A stretch of 63,809 nucleotides of DNA, counting the filler, from Octopus bimaculoides (taxonomy: Eukaryota), in NCBI RefSeq assembly GCF_001194135.2. It is 5 parts of 5 records of this genome, joined end to end, with 100 filler letters (N's around TTAATTAATTAA, not from the genome) between each part and the next. Parts side by side here need not be neighbours in the genome. Positions count along the whole stretch, not along the records: positions 38,936 to 59,550 come from NC_068984.1; positions 59,651 to 61,513 come from NW_026318516.1; positions 61,614 to 63,809 come from NW_026384480.1; 2 more parts are not named here. One strand, given 5' to 3'. The position numbers were made by a program, and so were the translations under genes. Under the pieces are notes generated by a model. That model worked only from the letters and a program-made list of their open reading frames with translations. It searched no databases and had not been told where the DNA came from. Each line of letters begins with the position of its first letter. The first letter of the stretch is position 1. Positions 50,842 to 63,809 of the stretch are shown one piece after another.

Positions 50842-52090
50842 NNNNNNNNNNNNNNNNNNNNNNNNNNNNNNNNNNNNNNNNNNNNNNNNNNNNNNNNNNN
50901 NNNNNNNNNNNNNNNNNNNNNNNNNNNNNNNNNNNNNNNNNNNNNNNNNNNNNNNNNNNNNNNNNNNNNNNNNNNNNNNNNNNNNNNNNNNNNNNNNNNN
51001 NNNNNNNNNNNNNNNNNNNNNNNNNNNNNNNNNNNNNNNNNNNNNNNNNNNNNNNNNNNNNNNNNNNNNNNNNNNNNNNNNNNNNNNNNNNNNNNNNNNN
51101 NNNNNNNNNNNNNNNNNNNNNNNNNNNNNNNNNNNNNNNNNNNNNNNNNNNNNNNNNNNNNNNNNNNNNNNNNNNNNNNNNNNNNNNNNNNNNNNNNNNN
51201 NNNNNNNNNNNNNNNNNNNNNNNNNNNNNNNNNNNNNNNNNNNNNNNNNNNNNNNNNNNNNNNNNNNNNNNNNNNNNNNNNNNNNNNNNNNNNNNNNNNN
51301 NNNNNNNNNNNNNNNNNNNNNNNNNNNNNNNNNNNNNNNNNNNNNNNNNNNNNNNNNNNNNNNNNNNNNNNNNNNNNNNNNNNNNNNNNNNNNNNNNNNN
51401 NNNNNNNNNNNNNNNNNNNNNNNNNNNNNNNNNNNNNNNNNNNNNNNNNNNNNNNNNNNNNNNNNNNNNNNNNNNNNNNNNNNNNNNNNNNNNNNNNNNN
51501 NNNNNNNNNNNNNNNNNNNNNNNNNNNNNNNNNNNNNNNNNNNNNNNNNNNNNNNNNNNNNNNNNNNNNNNNNNNNNNNNNNNNNNNNNNNNNNNNNNNN
51601 NNNNNNNNNNNNNNNNNNNNNNNTCTAAACCTAGCACATTAACCAATATCTCCAACAGAGGAAATATATTATAGAGTTGCAGAAACCTTTTCAAAGATTT
51701 CTTTTTCTTTCTTTTCTTACATCTCATTCATGTGCAGTAATGAAGAATGAAATATGAATGAAAACTGAATGAAAAATCATTTATTCTATTATTTTCTATG
51801 ACAAGACAAGACGTCTGGTTCTTCTCTTTCATTTTCACATTATTATCATTAGTATTATTATAATATTTTCTTTTCTTTTCTTGCAGAGATCTTTAAGTTA
51901 TTTATGCTTTTTATATACATTTTTTAATTATTTTTGTATTATCTTTATTTTATTTCGTAACATATTTTATTGAAAGCAGGGAATCGTTTGCAGGTCATTT
52001 CAGACAGATTTTTGGGAAATGGAGATGTTTCACTTTCTGTAGAAGTTCCTTTGTGATCATCCAGAAAGATAAATTCTATTTGTTTCCAAT

Positions 52091-52126
<36 letters not shown>

Positions 52127-52219
52127 CACGAATGTGTATATATATATGCATATATATATGTACATATATATGTATATAAGTATATATACATATTCGTATA
52201 TATATATATATATATATAA

Positions 52220-52259
<40 letters not shown>

Positions 52260-53611
52260 CATACATACATAAATACACGGACACGCACACATACACATAC
52301 ACATATGCTGTTTTTGGTTTCATTTATTTACTTATGTTGTTCTTTTGTTTCGTTTTCTATAACTTTCAATGCATAACTGTGCTAAGTAGTCTGCAAAGAA
52401 AAACGAAATGCTTGCATGCATGTATGTATATATACACCCACTCAAATGTACACACGCTCACACAGAGAGAGACACATACACACAGAGAGACACACACGCA
52501 CACACACACATACGCGCATACACAAAAAAACATACAGACATACAGTAACAAACATATAATCATATATCATTACAATAATGTCGGCGCTAACTAGCTACTT
52601 AAGTTAGCTTTCTCTCACCTTCAAGAAACAAAATAATATTATAAAGATAATATACTATAATACAATGTATAACACAATAAATAAATAAATAAATAAATGT
52701 GAAATAATTGACCTACACATGTCAGAGTCAGCAACATCTGAATATGTTTCTATAATTTCTCCTTTGACACACAGGAATGTGTGTATACATATGTAAACAA
52801 GTCTATGTTTATGAATATGTGCTGAGAGTGCGTCCGTAAGAAAATCAACATACACATACACACACACATACATATACATACAAACACACACACATACACA
52901 CACAGATATATACATAAACATATTCACGCATACATACAGATACCCACATATAGACAAACACAAGTAGATATTGTTATGTATATGTGTGTGTGCGTGTGTG
53001 TGTGTGAGCGCGCGCGCGTATGTGCATATCTTTTACTTGTTTCAGTCTTTGCACTGTGGCCATATATATATATGTATGATTTTGTATAAAATGTACGTAA
53101 ATTTATGTATGTATATGTATACATACACACACACACACACACACACAGATACACACAAACACACACACACAAACACACACACACANNNNNNNNNNNNNNN
53201 NNNNNNNNNNNNNNNNNNNNNNNNNNNNNNNNNNNNNNNNNNNNNNNNNNNNNNNNNNNNNNNNNNNNNNNNNNNNNNNNNNNNNNNNNNNNNNNNNNNN
53301 NNNNNNNNNNNNNNNNNNNNNNNNNNNNNNNNNNNNNNNNNNNNNNNNNNNNNNNNNNNNNNNNNNNNNNNNNNNNNNNNNNNNNNNNNNNNNNNNNNNN
53401 NNNNNNNNNNNNNNNNNNNNNNNNNNNNNTATATATATATGTATCTATATATATGTATCTATATGTATATATAAGGAATCATGAAATGATATCTGCTTAC
53501 TTCTTAAACCTGGTCTTTTTATACCAACATCTGAATGTATTTCATTTATATTCATAGATATTTGTTATTTTTTCCCATCTCTATATTGACCACACATGTG
53601 TGTACATTTTT

Positions 53612-53661
<50 letters not shown>

Positions 53662-54034
53662 GTATAATGATATCTATATATGTATGAACGTGAATCTGAA
53701 TACATATATACACATATGCATGTGTGCAATTTCATGTTTGTATGTTTTCATTTCTCGTTGTATTTTTGTTTATGCTGAAGTATTATGTTTTGTTTATGTA
53801 TCTTTCCTTGAATGATTTTTGTTTTCAGCAATGTCTCTGACTGCATGCATATTCTTCTGTACTCGTGTGTTTGTACACGAGTGCATGTGCATGTATGTGA
53901 GTTTATGTATATATTTTACATATGTATGCATGTAAGTGTGAATACATATGGGCATTTTATAAAATATGGTAATTCTATATTGCAATAGTCTTTATTGTCT
54001 ATTATCTTACATACACACATCATGCGTATATATA

Positions 54035-54073
<39 letters not shown>

Positions 54074-55178
54074 NNNNNNNNNNNNNNNNNNNNNNNNNNN
54101 NNNNNNNNNNNNNNNNNNNNNNNNNNNNNNNNNNNNNNNNNNNNNNNNNNNNNNNNNNNNNNNNNNNNNNNNNNNNNNNNNNNNNNNNNNNNNNNNNNNN
54201 NNNNNNNNNNNNNNNNNNNNNNNNNNNNNNNNNNNNNNNNNNNNNNNNNNNNNNNNNNNNNNNNNNNNNNNNNNNNNNNNNNNNNNNNNNNNNNNNNNNN
54301 NNNNNNNNNNNNNNNNNNNNNNNNNNNNNNNNNNNNNNNNNNNNNNNNNNNNNNNNNNNNNNNNNNNNNNNNNNNNNNNNNNNNNNNNNNNNNNNNNNNN
54401 NNNNNNNNNNNNNNNNNNNNNNNNNNNNNNNNNNNNNNNNNNNNNNNNNNNNNNNNNNNNNNNNNNNNNNNNNNNNNNNNNNNNNNNNNNNNNNNNNNNN
54501 NNNNNNNNNNNNNNNNNNNNNNNNNNNNNNNNNNNNNNNNNNNNNNNNNNNNNNNNNNNNNNNNNNNNNNNNNNNNNNNNNNNNNNNNNNNNNNNNNNNN
54601 NNNNNNNNNNNNNNNNNNNNNNNNNNNNNNNNNNNNNNNNNNNNNNNNNNNNNNNNNNNNNNNNNNNNNNNNNNNNNNNNNNNNNNNNNNNNNNNNNNNN
54701 NNNNNNNNNNNNNNNNNNNNNNNNNNNNNNNNNNNNNNNNNNNNNNNNNNNNNNNNNNNNNNNNNNNNNNNNNNNNNNNTATATATATATATATATATAC
54801 ATACATACATACATACATACATGTACAAATACGTAACAACGTATATATATAATATGGATATATATGCATATGTACATCGATTTGTGTATATATATATTTA
54901 TATGTAAATTTGTTTATATATGTATACACACACACACATACATATATAGAGAGTGATAGGGAGTGAGAGGCCAAAAATCATGAGAATGTTTTCCTTATAG
55001 CAAAGTTATAGCATATAAATGTCAAGTATTAGCTTTGTGGTTTACGAAAGGACTTGAATGTCAAGTACATAATTGTAGATAAACCCACCGAAACCCTCCA
55101 GGCGTTGGCCAAAGAAAAATACATATGCATGTATGTCTACGTGTAAGTGCATATATGAATGCATACATACATACATAC

Positions 55179-55252
<74 letters not shown>

Positions 55253-55603
55253 GGGTGGATGAATGCGTGCGTATGTTCGTGTGTGAGTGTGCATATATAG
55301 GCACATGTGAATGCGTGATCAGAAATACGCACACCGACAGATGCGTAGATAAATACTTTTGTTGATTTCTTTTCCGTTGCATTTACAAAGTCAGGACATT
55401 GCTCAATATACTCCTAGTGCAGAAGTATATAAAGGCTGACGCTGTTGTATTTAGTTATGTAGAAACGAACACAGATATCACTTTTAAAGTATCAATCATG
55501 AATTGTTTTATAAGTGTTACTCTACTCTCATTATTGAATGCTCCAAACAGTTGCTGTTATTCCTAAATTTGCTTTAAAATAACCCAATCGATATATACAT
55601 ACA

Positions 55604-55636
<33 letters not shown>

Positions 55637-55665
55637 GACTTCTCTTACTTGTTTCAGTGAATAAA

Positions 55666-55838
55666 ATTTGAAGAAAAGCAACAAAAATTCATTAGGTTAT
55701 AGCAGTACGTACGTTTCGTACAAAATTCATTTATTTATGTAGTGATAACATGTGGTGTTATCACTACATAAATAAATGAAGTTTGTACGAAACGTACGTA
55801 CTGCTATAACCTAGTGCATTTTTGTTGCTTTTCTTCAA

Positions 55839-55840
<2 letters not shown>
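55666..55840. repeat. Near-perfect 175-bp palindrome (85-bp arms, 3 mismatches, 5-nt loop tgtgg)
   Basis: The left arm atttgaagaaaagc...gtagtgataaca is the reverse complement of the right arm tgttatcactac...gcttttcttcaaat. Confidence 0.95.
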
Positions 55841-55869
<29 letters not shown>

Positions 55870-57981
55870 CACACAGACACACAGACACACGCACACAAAT
55901 ACTCGCATGGTTAGATATATATATCTATATATCCATCTCTATCTATGAGTGTATGTGTGTTTATTGTATTCTTTGCTGAAATAACTGACAAGGTAATTGC
56001 TTGAACATTTTTACCAAACAATTGTTTAATTTGTCCGTTACTTTCTGGATTTCCTGAACTTCGTGTACGTTTTATAAAGTTTTAAATACCAGTAACGTTT
56101 AAATACCAGTAGGCTGAGATAATCCCGGAAAAGAACATCTTTTCGTGTAAAAACTTGTTTTCGAGTGTCATTAAACCGTAGGGCGCTTGTGTTTCGGCGT
56201 CGCTCGGTTTCGTCAGATACGATAATCGAATCTGTTATCCACTTCTCGAATATGTACGAAATTAGTATTTTTATTTAAACATTATTTAATATTTGTTGAT
56301 ATGCGTAAATTTTGGTGAAGTTGGAATTAAACAAAGCAGCGCTGAATACAAAAAAAAAGTGCTGTAAAATCATATTTATCACAATCGACTGTATTTGGAT
56401 GTGATAAAACCTTTCGCTGTGACGATAATCTTGGGGAAAATCCTCCACTTAGACTAGTATCGAAATGTGTTATGGGGGCTGTGAATGATGTCATTAGATT
56501 GTAGGACGCATGTATTTCTGAGTCATTCAGAAAACACTCGAGCGTATTAAATATAACTTTATTCAGATGTATCTTTTATTTTGTAAAGCTTCACATGCAT
56601 ATATATATATATATACATATATATATATGCATGCATGTATCAATGTATGTATGTATGTATATATGTATGTATGTATGTATGCATGCATGCATGTATGTAT
56701 GTATGTATATTAGAAATATTCCATATCTCACACACACAAATACGCTCACGTACATATATATATTCACGTAGTTATAGAAATGTTTTCAATTTATAGATCT
56801 AACCATATGCTGTAATTGAAAAGAAATTGTTAAATAAAATTACTGAAGGTTATCTATGACCAATGAAAAAGAGATTTATATTCACAAACATTCCAACTTA
56901 CTTGTTTTGTATATAACTGATTTCAATTGTGCTCTGTGTAACTGATTTCAATTTATTTGTTTTCCAGATGAAGAAAATTCTGCTAATGTGCAATATAGAG
57001 CCAAAAATATGTAGGTATCCCGCGTGCATTATGTTTTTATAACGATCTATAACGTTGTTAGATTTAGTTGTGGTGGTCTACGAAATATTACATCAAGGTT
57101 TTCCGGTCTACGGTATGTGTACATTGAACTTCGTCATATTTTCTGAAAAGGAAAACAATTCTTGTATTTGAAGAAATATTTATGAATATTCCGAAATATG
57201 TGGAAAAGCTCATGTTATTGATGTCCTTTACTGTATATTATCTGCTACAGAAAGAAGTTGATATGAATTCCCACACATTTCAAATAAATATTCACATTAA
57301 TCATATATGTGTAATTGTATGGTTAAGAATTAAACTTCCCAGCGATATAATTCCAGTCCCACAGTGTAGCGTCTTGGGCACGTGTCTTCTATTTGCTCCT
57401 GGGTCGAGCAAGAAGGAGAAAAGCACAACAACAAGAGGAAAGAAGAAGGTGAAGAGGTAGAAAGAGACTTCTCTGTCATCGCCTTCTTTGCTCTTCGCCT
57501 TCCTTCTTGTTGTTGTCGTTGTCGTCGTCGTCCTCCTCGTCTTTCCTCTTCTTCTTCTTCTTCTTCTTCTTCTTCTTCTTCTTCTTCTTCTTCTTCTTCT
57601 TCTTCTTCTTCTTCTTCTTCTTNNNNNNNNNNNNNNNNNNNNNNNNNNNNNNNNNNNNNNNNNNNNNNNNNNNNNNNNNNNNNNNNNNNNNNNNNNNNNN
57701 NNNNNNNNNNNNNNNNNNNNNNNNNNNNNNNNNNNNNNNNNNNNNNNNNNNNNNNNNNNNNNNNNNNNNNNNNNNNNNNNNNNNNNNNNNNNNNNNNNNN
57801 NNNNNNNNNNNNNNNNNNNNNNNNNNNNNNNNNNNNNNNNNNNNNNNNNNNNNNNNNNNNNNNNNNNNNNNNNNNNNNNNNNNNNNNNNNNNNNNNNNNN
57901 NNNNNNNNNNNNNNNNNNNNNNNNNNNNNNNNNNNNNNNNNNNNNNNNNNNNNNNNNNNNNNNNNNNNNNNNNNNNNNNNN

Positions 57982-57995
57982 NGAAAGAAGCTCGT

Positions 57996-58040
<45 letters not shown>

Positions 58041-58270
58041 GCGTGTATATGTTTGTGTATATGTTTGTGTATATGTGTTTGTCCCCCAAAATCGCTTGAC
58101 AACCGATCCTGGTGTGTTTACGACCCTGTAACTTAGCGGTTCGGCAAAAGAGACCGAAAGAATAAGTAATAGACTTACAAAGAATAAGTCCTGTGATCAT
58201 TTGCTCGACTAAAGATGGTACTCCAGTATGGCCGCAGTCAAATGACTGAAACAAGTAAAAAAATAATAAA
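57982..58270 (+). mobile_element. SINE family B, central (TA/TG)n tract and 3' half
   Basis: gaaagaagctcgtcg...atcgcttgacaaccgatcc...gactgaaacaagtaaaa; a degenerate head at about 57300-57410 lies before the (TTC)n run and gap. Confidence 0.8.
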
Positions 58271-58522
58271 AGAATAAACAAATATATACATATTTTTCTA
58301 ATATTTTGTTCTATATTCTTTGCCCTTTTGTTCATAGTTTCTGTATGTATACTTGTAAGAAAAAGTCTTTTGCTATTTAAGCAACCAGTAAAACATACAT
58401 TTTTCAGCTTGAAAACTGCTACTTGAAGCTCGAAACTTATATCAGAGTAACTCACTGTGAACGTTATTATTAAGATAAAAATGAAAATTATCCCCTCTAC
58501 TGAATCTTTCAAGTATATATAT

Positions 58523-58980
58523 AAGCACATGACGCATACTCACAGGGATGTGAGTTCGAGTCTCAATGCTGGTCGCTGCGTTTGAGGATTAAATTATTTT
58601 CTTATCTGCATCTTTTAATACATCTCAACGCTTCTAAAGCAAACTTTGTTTGTTGACTTTCACCGTTAGTTGAATTTAACGTACGATAGCGTCTTATAAA
58701 GCTAGATTTATATAAATTTGCCGAAAAATTTGTCGCTGGGGCAGTTTAGCTTAATGGTAAAGAACTTGACGCGTAATCACCGGGATGTAAGTTTGACCCT
58801 CATGGCTGGTCACCGACAGATTTTTCTGCCAAATATGGATAGTTTATCCTGTTCATGTTACATTATTAGCATTATCTTGCGGTTGAGAATAAAATAATTT
58901 CCTTATCTGTATCTTTCAATACATCTCAACGCTTCTAAAGCAAATTTATTTGTTGACTTTCAACGTAAGTTCAATTTAAT
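58523..58980 (+). repeat. Tandem duplication of a unit with a tRNA-like head
   Basis: Copy 1 spans 58523-58680 and copy 2 about 58738-58980. They share tgacgc.ta.tcac.gggatgt.agtt.ga and aatacatctcaacgcttctaaagcaaa. Confidence 0.75.
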
Positions 58981-59932
58981 ATCTATACCTACATGTATAT
59001 ATATATATGTGGATGTAAATGTGTTTTGTATCTTGTTTTTAGATCAGGTATTAGTTGTGAGTGCCTCTGTCTTAAATGTATCACTGTTATTCAATTTCAA
59101 TATTCTGCGAAAACATCGCTGCTCATGCGGAAATATTACTTTACTTGGATACAGGGTAGGGTTGGTAAAAGAAAGGACATTTGGCCATAGAAAATCTACC
59201 TCAATAACCCACGTCCGCCTATGCCAGCATTAGAAAGTGAACCTAAAATGATGATAATGATGACGTCATGTTTACATAGCATATTTCAATTAAAATAACA
59301 TTTTACATTAATCTGTCTTGAGGAGTTTCACTTTCCGTTTTATAAACAAATATCAATAAGAATCATTAACATGCTCCAAAAGTATTAACATTTACCTTTT
59401 TTTATGCGGCACCTTGGGCAAATGTCGCTTAATACTTGGGCCGACCAAAGCCTTGTGAGCGGATTTGGTAGACAGAAACTGAAAGAAGCCCGTCGTGTGG
59501 TTGTGTGGTAAGTAGCTTGCTTACCAGCCACATCGCTCCGGGTTCTGTCCNNNNNNNNNNNNNNNNNNNNNNNNNNNNNNNNNNNNNNNNNNNNTTAATT
59601 AATTAANNNNNNNNNNNNNNNNNNNNNNNNNNNNNNNNNNNNNNNNNNNNATAGCTATATATATAAATATAAATATATATATACACGCACACACCCACGC
59701 ACGCACGCACGCACACACACACACGCACACACATATACACGATCTGTGTGTACTCATTCGAATGTATATACGTATGTGTGAGAATATGTGTCGTTGAATA
59801 TTGTGATATATCTTAAAATTAATAGGAACTTGGTATAGATTTCTCTCAGCAGCGTTGTTTTTATCGGAACAGGTGATTTGTGGTTGTTGTTCAGGTTGTA
59901 GATGTCATCATCGTTCTTTTTGTTATCGTTGC

Positions 59933-59969
<37 letters not shown>

Positions 59970-60231
59970 GCTTGTCGCTTGTTGTTGCTTGTTGCTGTTT
60001 CAGCTGATACTGTATTTTATTTGGCAAAAATAAGAACAGAAGCGTCGAAGATAGCGATGAAGACGACGACGACGATGACGACGACGATGATGATGATGAT
60101 GATGATGACGATGATGATGATGATGACGACGATGACGACGACGACGATGACGACGACGACGACGACGACGATGACAATGATGACTATGATAACGATTATG
60201 ATGATGAAGATGATGATGATGATGATGATGT

Positions 60232-60273
<42 letters not shown>

Positions 60274-61010
60274 NNNNNNNNNNNNNNNNNNNNNNNNNNN
60301 NNNNNNNNNNNNNNNNNNNNNNNNNNNNNNNNNNNNNNNNNNNNNNNNNNNNNNNNNNNNNNNNNNNNNNNNNNNNNNNNNNNNNNNNNNNNNNNNNNNN
60401 NNNNNNNNNNNNNNNNNNNNNNNNNNNNNNNNNNNNNNNNNNNNNNNNNNNNNNNNNNNNNNNNNNNNNNNNNNNNNNNNNNNNNNNNNNNNNNNNNNNN
60501 NNNNNNNNNNNNNNNNNNNNNNNNNNNNNNNNNNNNNNNNNNNNNNNNNNNNNNNNNNNNNNNNNNNNNNNNNNNNNNNNNNNNNNNNNNNNNNNNNNNN
60601 NNNNNNNNNNNNNNNNNNNNNNNNNNNNNNNNNNNNNNNNNNNNNNNNNNNNNNNNNNNNNNNNNNNNNNNNNNNNNNNNNNNNNNNNNNNNNNNNNNNN
60701 NNNNNNNNNNNNNNNNNNNNNNNNNNNNNNNNNNNNNNNNNNNNNNNNNNNNNNNNNNNNNNNNNNNNNNNNNNNNNNNNNNNNNNNNNNNNNNNNNNNN
60801 NNNNNNNNNNNNNNNNNNNNNNNNNNNNNNNNNNNNNNNNNNNNNNNNNNNNNNNNNNNNNNNNNNNNNNNNNNNNNNNNNNNNNNNNNNNNNNNNNNNN
60901 NNNNNNNNNNNNNNNNNNNNNNNNNNNNNNNNNNNNNNNNNNNNNNNNNNNNNNNNNNNNNNNACTACTACTACTACTACTACTATTATTATTATTATTA
61001 TTATTATTAT

Positions 61011-61045
<35 letters not shown>

Positions 61046-61060
61046 TTATTATTATTATTG

Positions 61061-61149
<89 letters not shown>

Positions 61150-61471
61150 GTTATTAAAGCGATGCCAGAAGAAGGAGCGGAGGAATTTCTCTTGTCAACA
61201 AATGCGCAGCTGCACAACTGCCAATGTGATAATCTTTCTAGCAGAAACGTGGAACCAATGAAGAATTCCAAGTCAATTTGCTTCTCTCTAGTGGAGCTTG
61301 GCTTATTTCTAAATATGATTGTACAATGCACCAACGCACAACAAGAATGTAAATAGCCGCAGATGTATCTCCAAATATCTAGCCATTGTGACACACGCGC
61401 ACACCCACATACTCACACGCTGACACCTATCCTTGTATCTGTGAGTGTGTGAGTGTGTGTGTGTGGGTTTA

Positions 61472-61513
<42 letters not shown>

Positions 61514-61613
61514 NNNNNNNNNNNNNNNNNNNNNNNNNNNNNNNNNNNNNNNNNNNNTTAATTAATTAANNNNNNNNNNNNNNNNNNNNNNNNNNNNNNN
61601 NNNNNNNNNNNNN

Positions 61614-61650
<37 letters not shown>

Positions 61651-62619
61651 TATATATAGTATGATTGTTGCCCTTATGGCTAATAAAGCAGTATTACTAC
61701 CTGGGAAAGAGAGAGAGACACAGAAAGTGTGATGTGGGTGGGGGTGGGGAATTTAAACATGTTCTTTCTTAGTCTAAATAAATTCATATTTTCTTTATGC
61801 TTGTAACTTTGTGAAATTTCACAAAAGCCCAATCACCTGCATACATAAACAGACCGGGCAGACACACAGAAACAATGAAACAGACACACACATGCATACA
61901 CACACATATATATAGTCACACACACACACACACACACCCTAACACACACGCTCATAAACACACACATGCTATAAACGTACAAACGCAAACACTTTTAATA
62001 TGAAATTACGTAAACGCACACACATACACACTCGTGTGTTAAGCAACCTAATGGTCGCACACACATAGAACATCGTATACTACCATAAGCACATGTTATA
62101 ACAGGGTCCCCTAACCCTACGTCTAATTAAAATGTAAACAAACGCTTACACATCATCATCATCGTCATCATCATTACCACTACCACCACCACCATCGTAA
62201 TTATCATCATGTTTATAATTATTATTAAATCTCTGAGTTAGCAGAATCGACAGCGCGTGGGACAAAATGCTCAGTTTTATTCCTTCCGCCTTTTTACATT
62301 CTAAGTTCACATGTCGGCGAAGTCAATTTTGCCTTCCATCCTCGGCATAATCTGTTAACTCCTTCCCCGATTAAGTTTCAGGCCTTGTGCCTATAAAGTA
62401 GAAAGAATTATTAAAGCGACAAACTGACGAAGAACCGTTTTTAAGGCGTGGGACGAAATGGTCAACGGGATTTTCTCCCGCCTTTTACATTGTGAGTACA
62501 TATCCGGCTGGGGGTCAGTTTTACCCTTCATTCTTTCAGCATCAACAAAACAAATAATAGTTAAATATACTAGGGTTCGTATAATCGATTAACACCCGTC
62601 CCCCTAAAAAATTATTGGC

Positions 62620-62820
62620 TTCGTACCATAGCTGTATTTCGTCTGTCGCTGCGATCTGAGTTCAAATGCCACTGAGGTGGACTTTGCCTTCTATCCATGC
62701 TTTCGGGGGATCGATAAATTAAATACCAGTGAAATACTGGGGTCGATGTAATCGACTTATCCCTTCGCCCAAAATGGCTGCACTTGTGGCAAAATTCGAA
62801 ACTAGTCCTTGTGGCCAATA
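62620..62820 (+). mobile_element. SINE family A (5'-truncated)
   Basis: ctgagttcaaatgccactgaggtggactttgcc...ctggggtcgatgtaatcgac; two more degenerate copies lie at about 62230-62610. Confidence 0.7.
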
Positions 62821-62830
62821 AAACGAATTA

Positions 62831-62893
<63 letters not shown>

Positions 62894-62904
62894 TGGCAGA
62901 GTAA

Positions 62905-63080
62905 GGAGGCAAGCTGGCGGAGTCGTTAGCACACTAGACGAAATGCTTAGCAGTATTTCGCCCGTTGCTATTTTTCTGAGTTCAAATTCCGCCGAGGTCA
63001 ATTTTACTTTTCATCCTTTCGGGGTCGATAAAATAAGTACCAGTTGAACACTGGGGTCGATGTAATCGACTCATCCTCAC
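62905..63080 (+). mobile_element. SINE family A inserted after a (TTA)n tract
   Basis: ggaggcaagctggcggagtcgttagcac...gagttcaaattccgccgagg...ctggggtcgatgtaatcgac. Confidence 0.85.
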
Positions 63081-63670
63081 CACCACTACCACCACCACCA
63101 TCATCATCATTGCTATAGCAATTTGCCAATTGTTTTTTGTATTATCATTATATCTATCAATTCTCCGAAATGATGCATAGCGATAATTCTTCTAAAACTT
63201 GTCTTTGTAAAGTCACCTTATTTTCGCCCCTGTGGCAAATATAGAAACCATTATAACTGTTATTCATTTTGTAGTTGTTTCTAATATTGTTTTGTTATCG
63301 TTCATGGCTGTGTCACCTCACACGAATCTGACTCTTTCGAATTCATCTGCGCTAGGACATCAGACAATAACATCTGTTAGTTATTTCTCTTCGGACCTTC
63401 CGTAAAAATTATCCCCTAGTGGTGGCCCAACAACGTCTTTAATTATATTCGAAATATTATGCTTTTTTGTTATTATGTTGTATTTTGTTGTTTCTGTGTT
63501 TGTTACTATAATACTTTAAAAAAAAATATTCTATGTCGCCCAGTAAGCGTTTAGTAGTTCAAAACATGTATGTACGTATGTATGTATGTATGTATGTATG
63601 TATGTGTCTATGTATGTACGTATGTATTTATGCATATATGTATGTGTATGTATGTATGTATGTGTGTATC

Positions 63671-63704
<34 letters not shown>

Positions 63705-63809
63705 TGTATGCATACATTTAATGTATGCGTGTATATACATTATATACATATATAATTTGAGTGCTAGTGAGTATGTGGGTGAATGTGTGTGAGTGTGTAT
63801 GTGTGTATC

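Noticed and set aside
61162-61356. 64-aa ORF MPEEGAEEF...; another frame has IIFLAETW, like an APE endonuclease motif
   Set aside because: A single short motif with no supporting flanking motifs; cannot be called.
5868-63792. The many YI/CV/HT/poly-residue and X-containing ORFs
   Set aside because: Translations of (TA)n, (TG)n, (TACA)n, trinucleotide repeats and N gaps, with no domain content.

Overview
AT-rich, microsatellite- and gap-rich animal genomic DNA. The SINE families, the single-exon six-EC protocadherin and the TTAATTAATTAA gap spacers suggest an octopus draft assembly (inference). Only one protein-coding gene is supportable: a minus-strand protocadherin. Its large exon (1501-3937) has a good acceptor at 3938-3939, a probable ATG at 3879, a signal peptide, six cadherin repeats, a TM helix and a GTAAGA donor at 1500. 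That donor is in phase with a second coding exon missed by the ORF track (27-279). This exon encodes a duplicated Gly-rich/WKESQYE module ending in YEEIP, followed by another donor, so the gene continues beyond the left edge. The remaining ~60 kb holds no other cadherin exon. It contains tRNA-derived SINEs, RTE- and R4/Dong-like LINE relics, Tc1/mariner relics, simple repeats and N gaps. CpG depletion changes sharply at about 29 kb, which may mark the edge of a methylated gene body and lies near candidate 5' UTR exons. Two long inverted repeats are present. Nearly all other ORFs in the track are microsatellite or gap artefacts. All alignments, translations and counts were done by eye.
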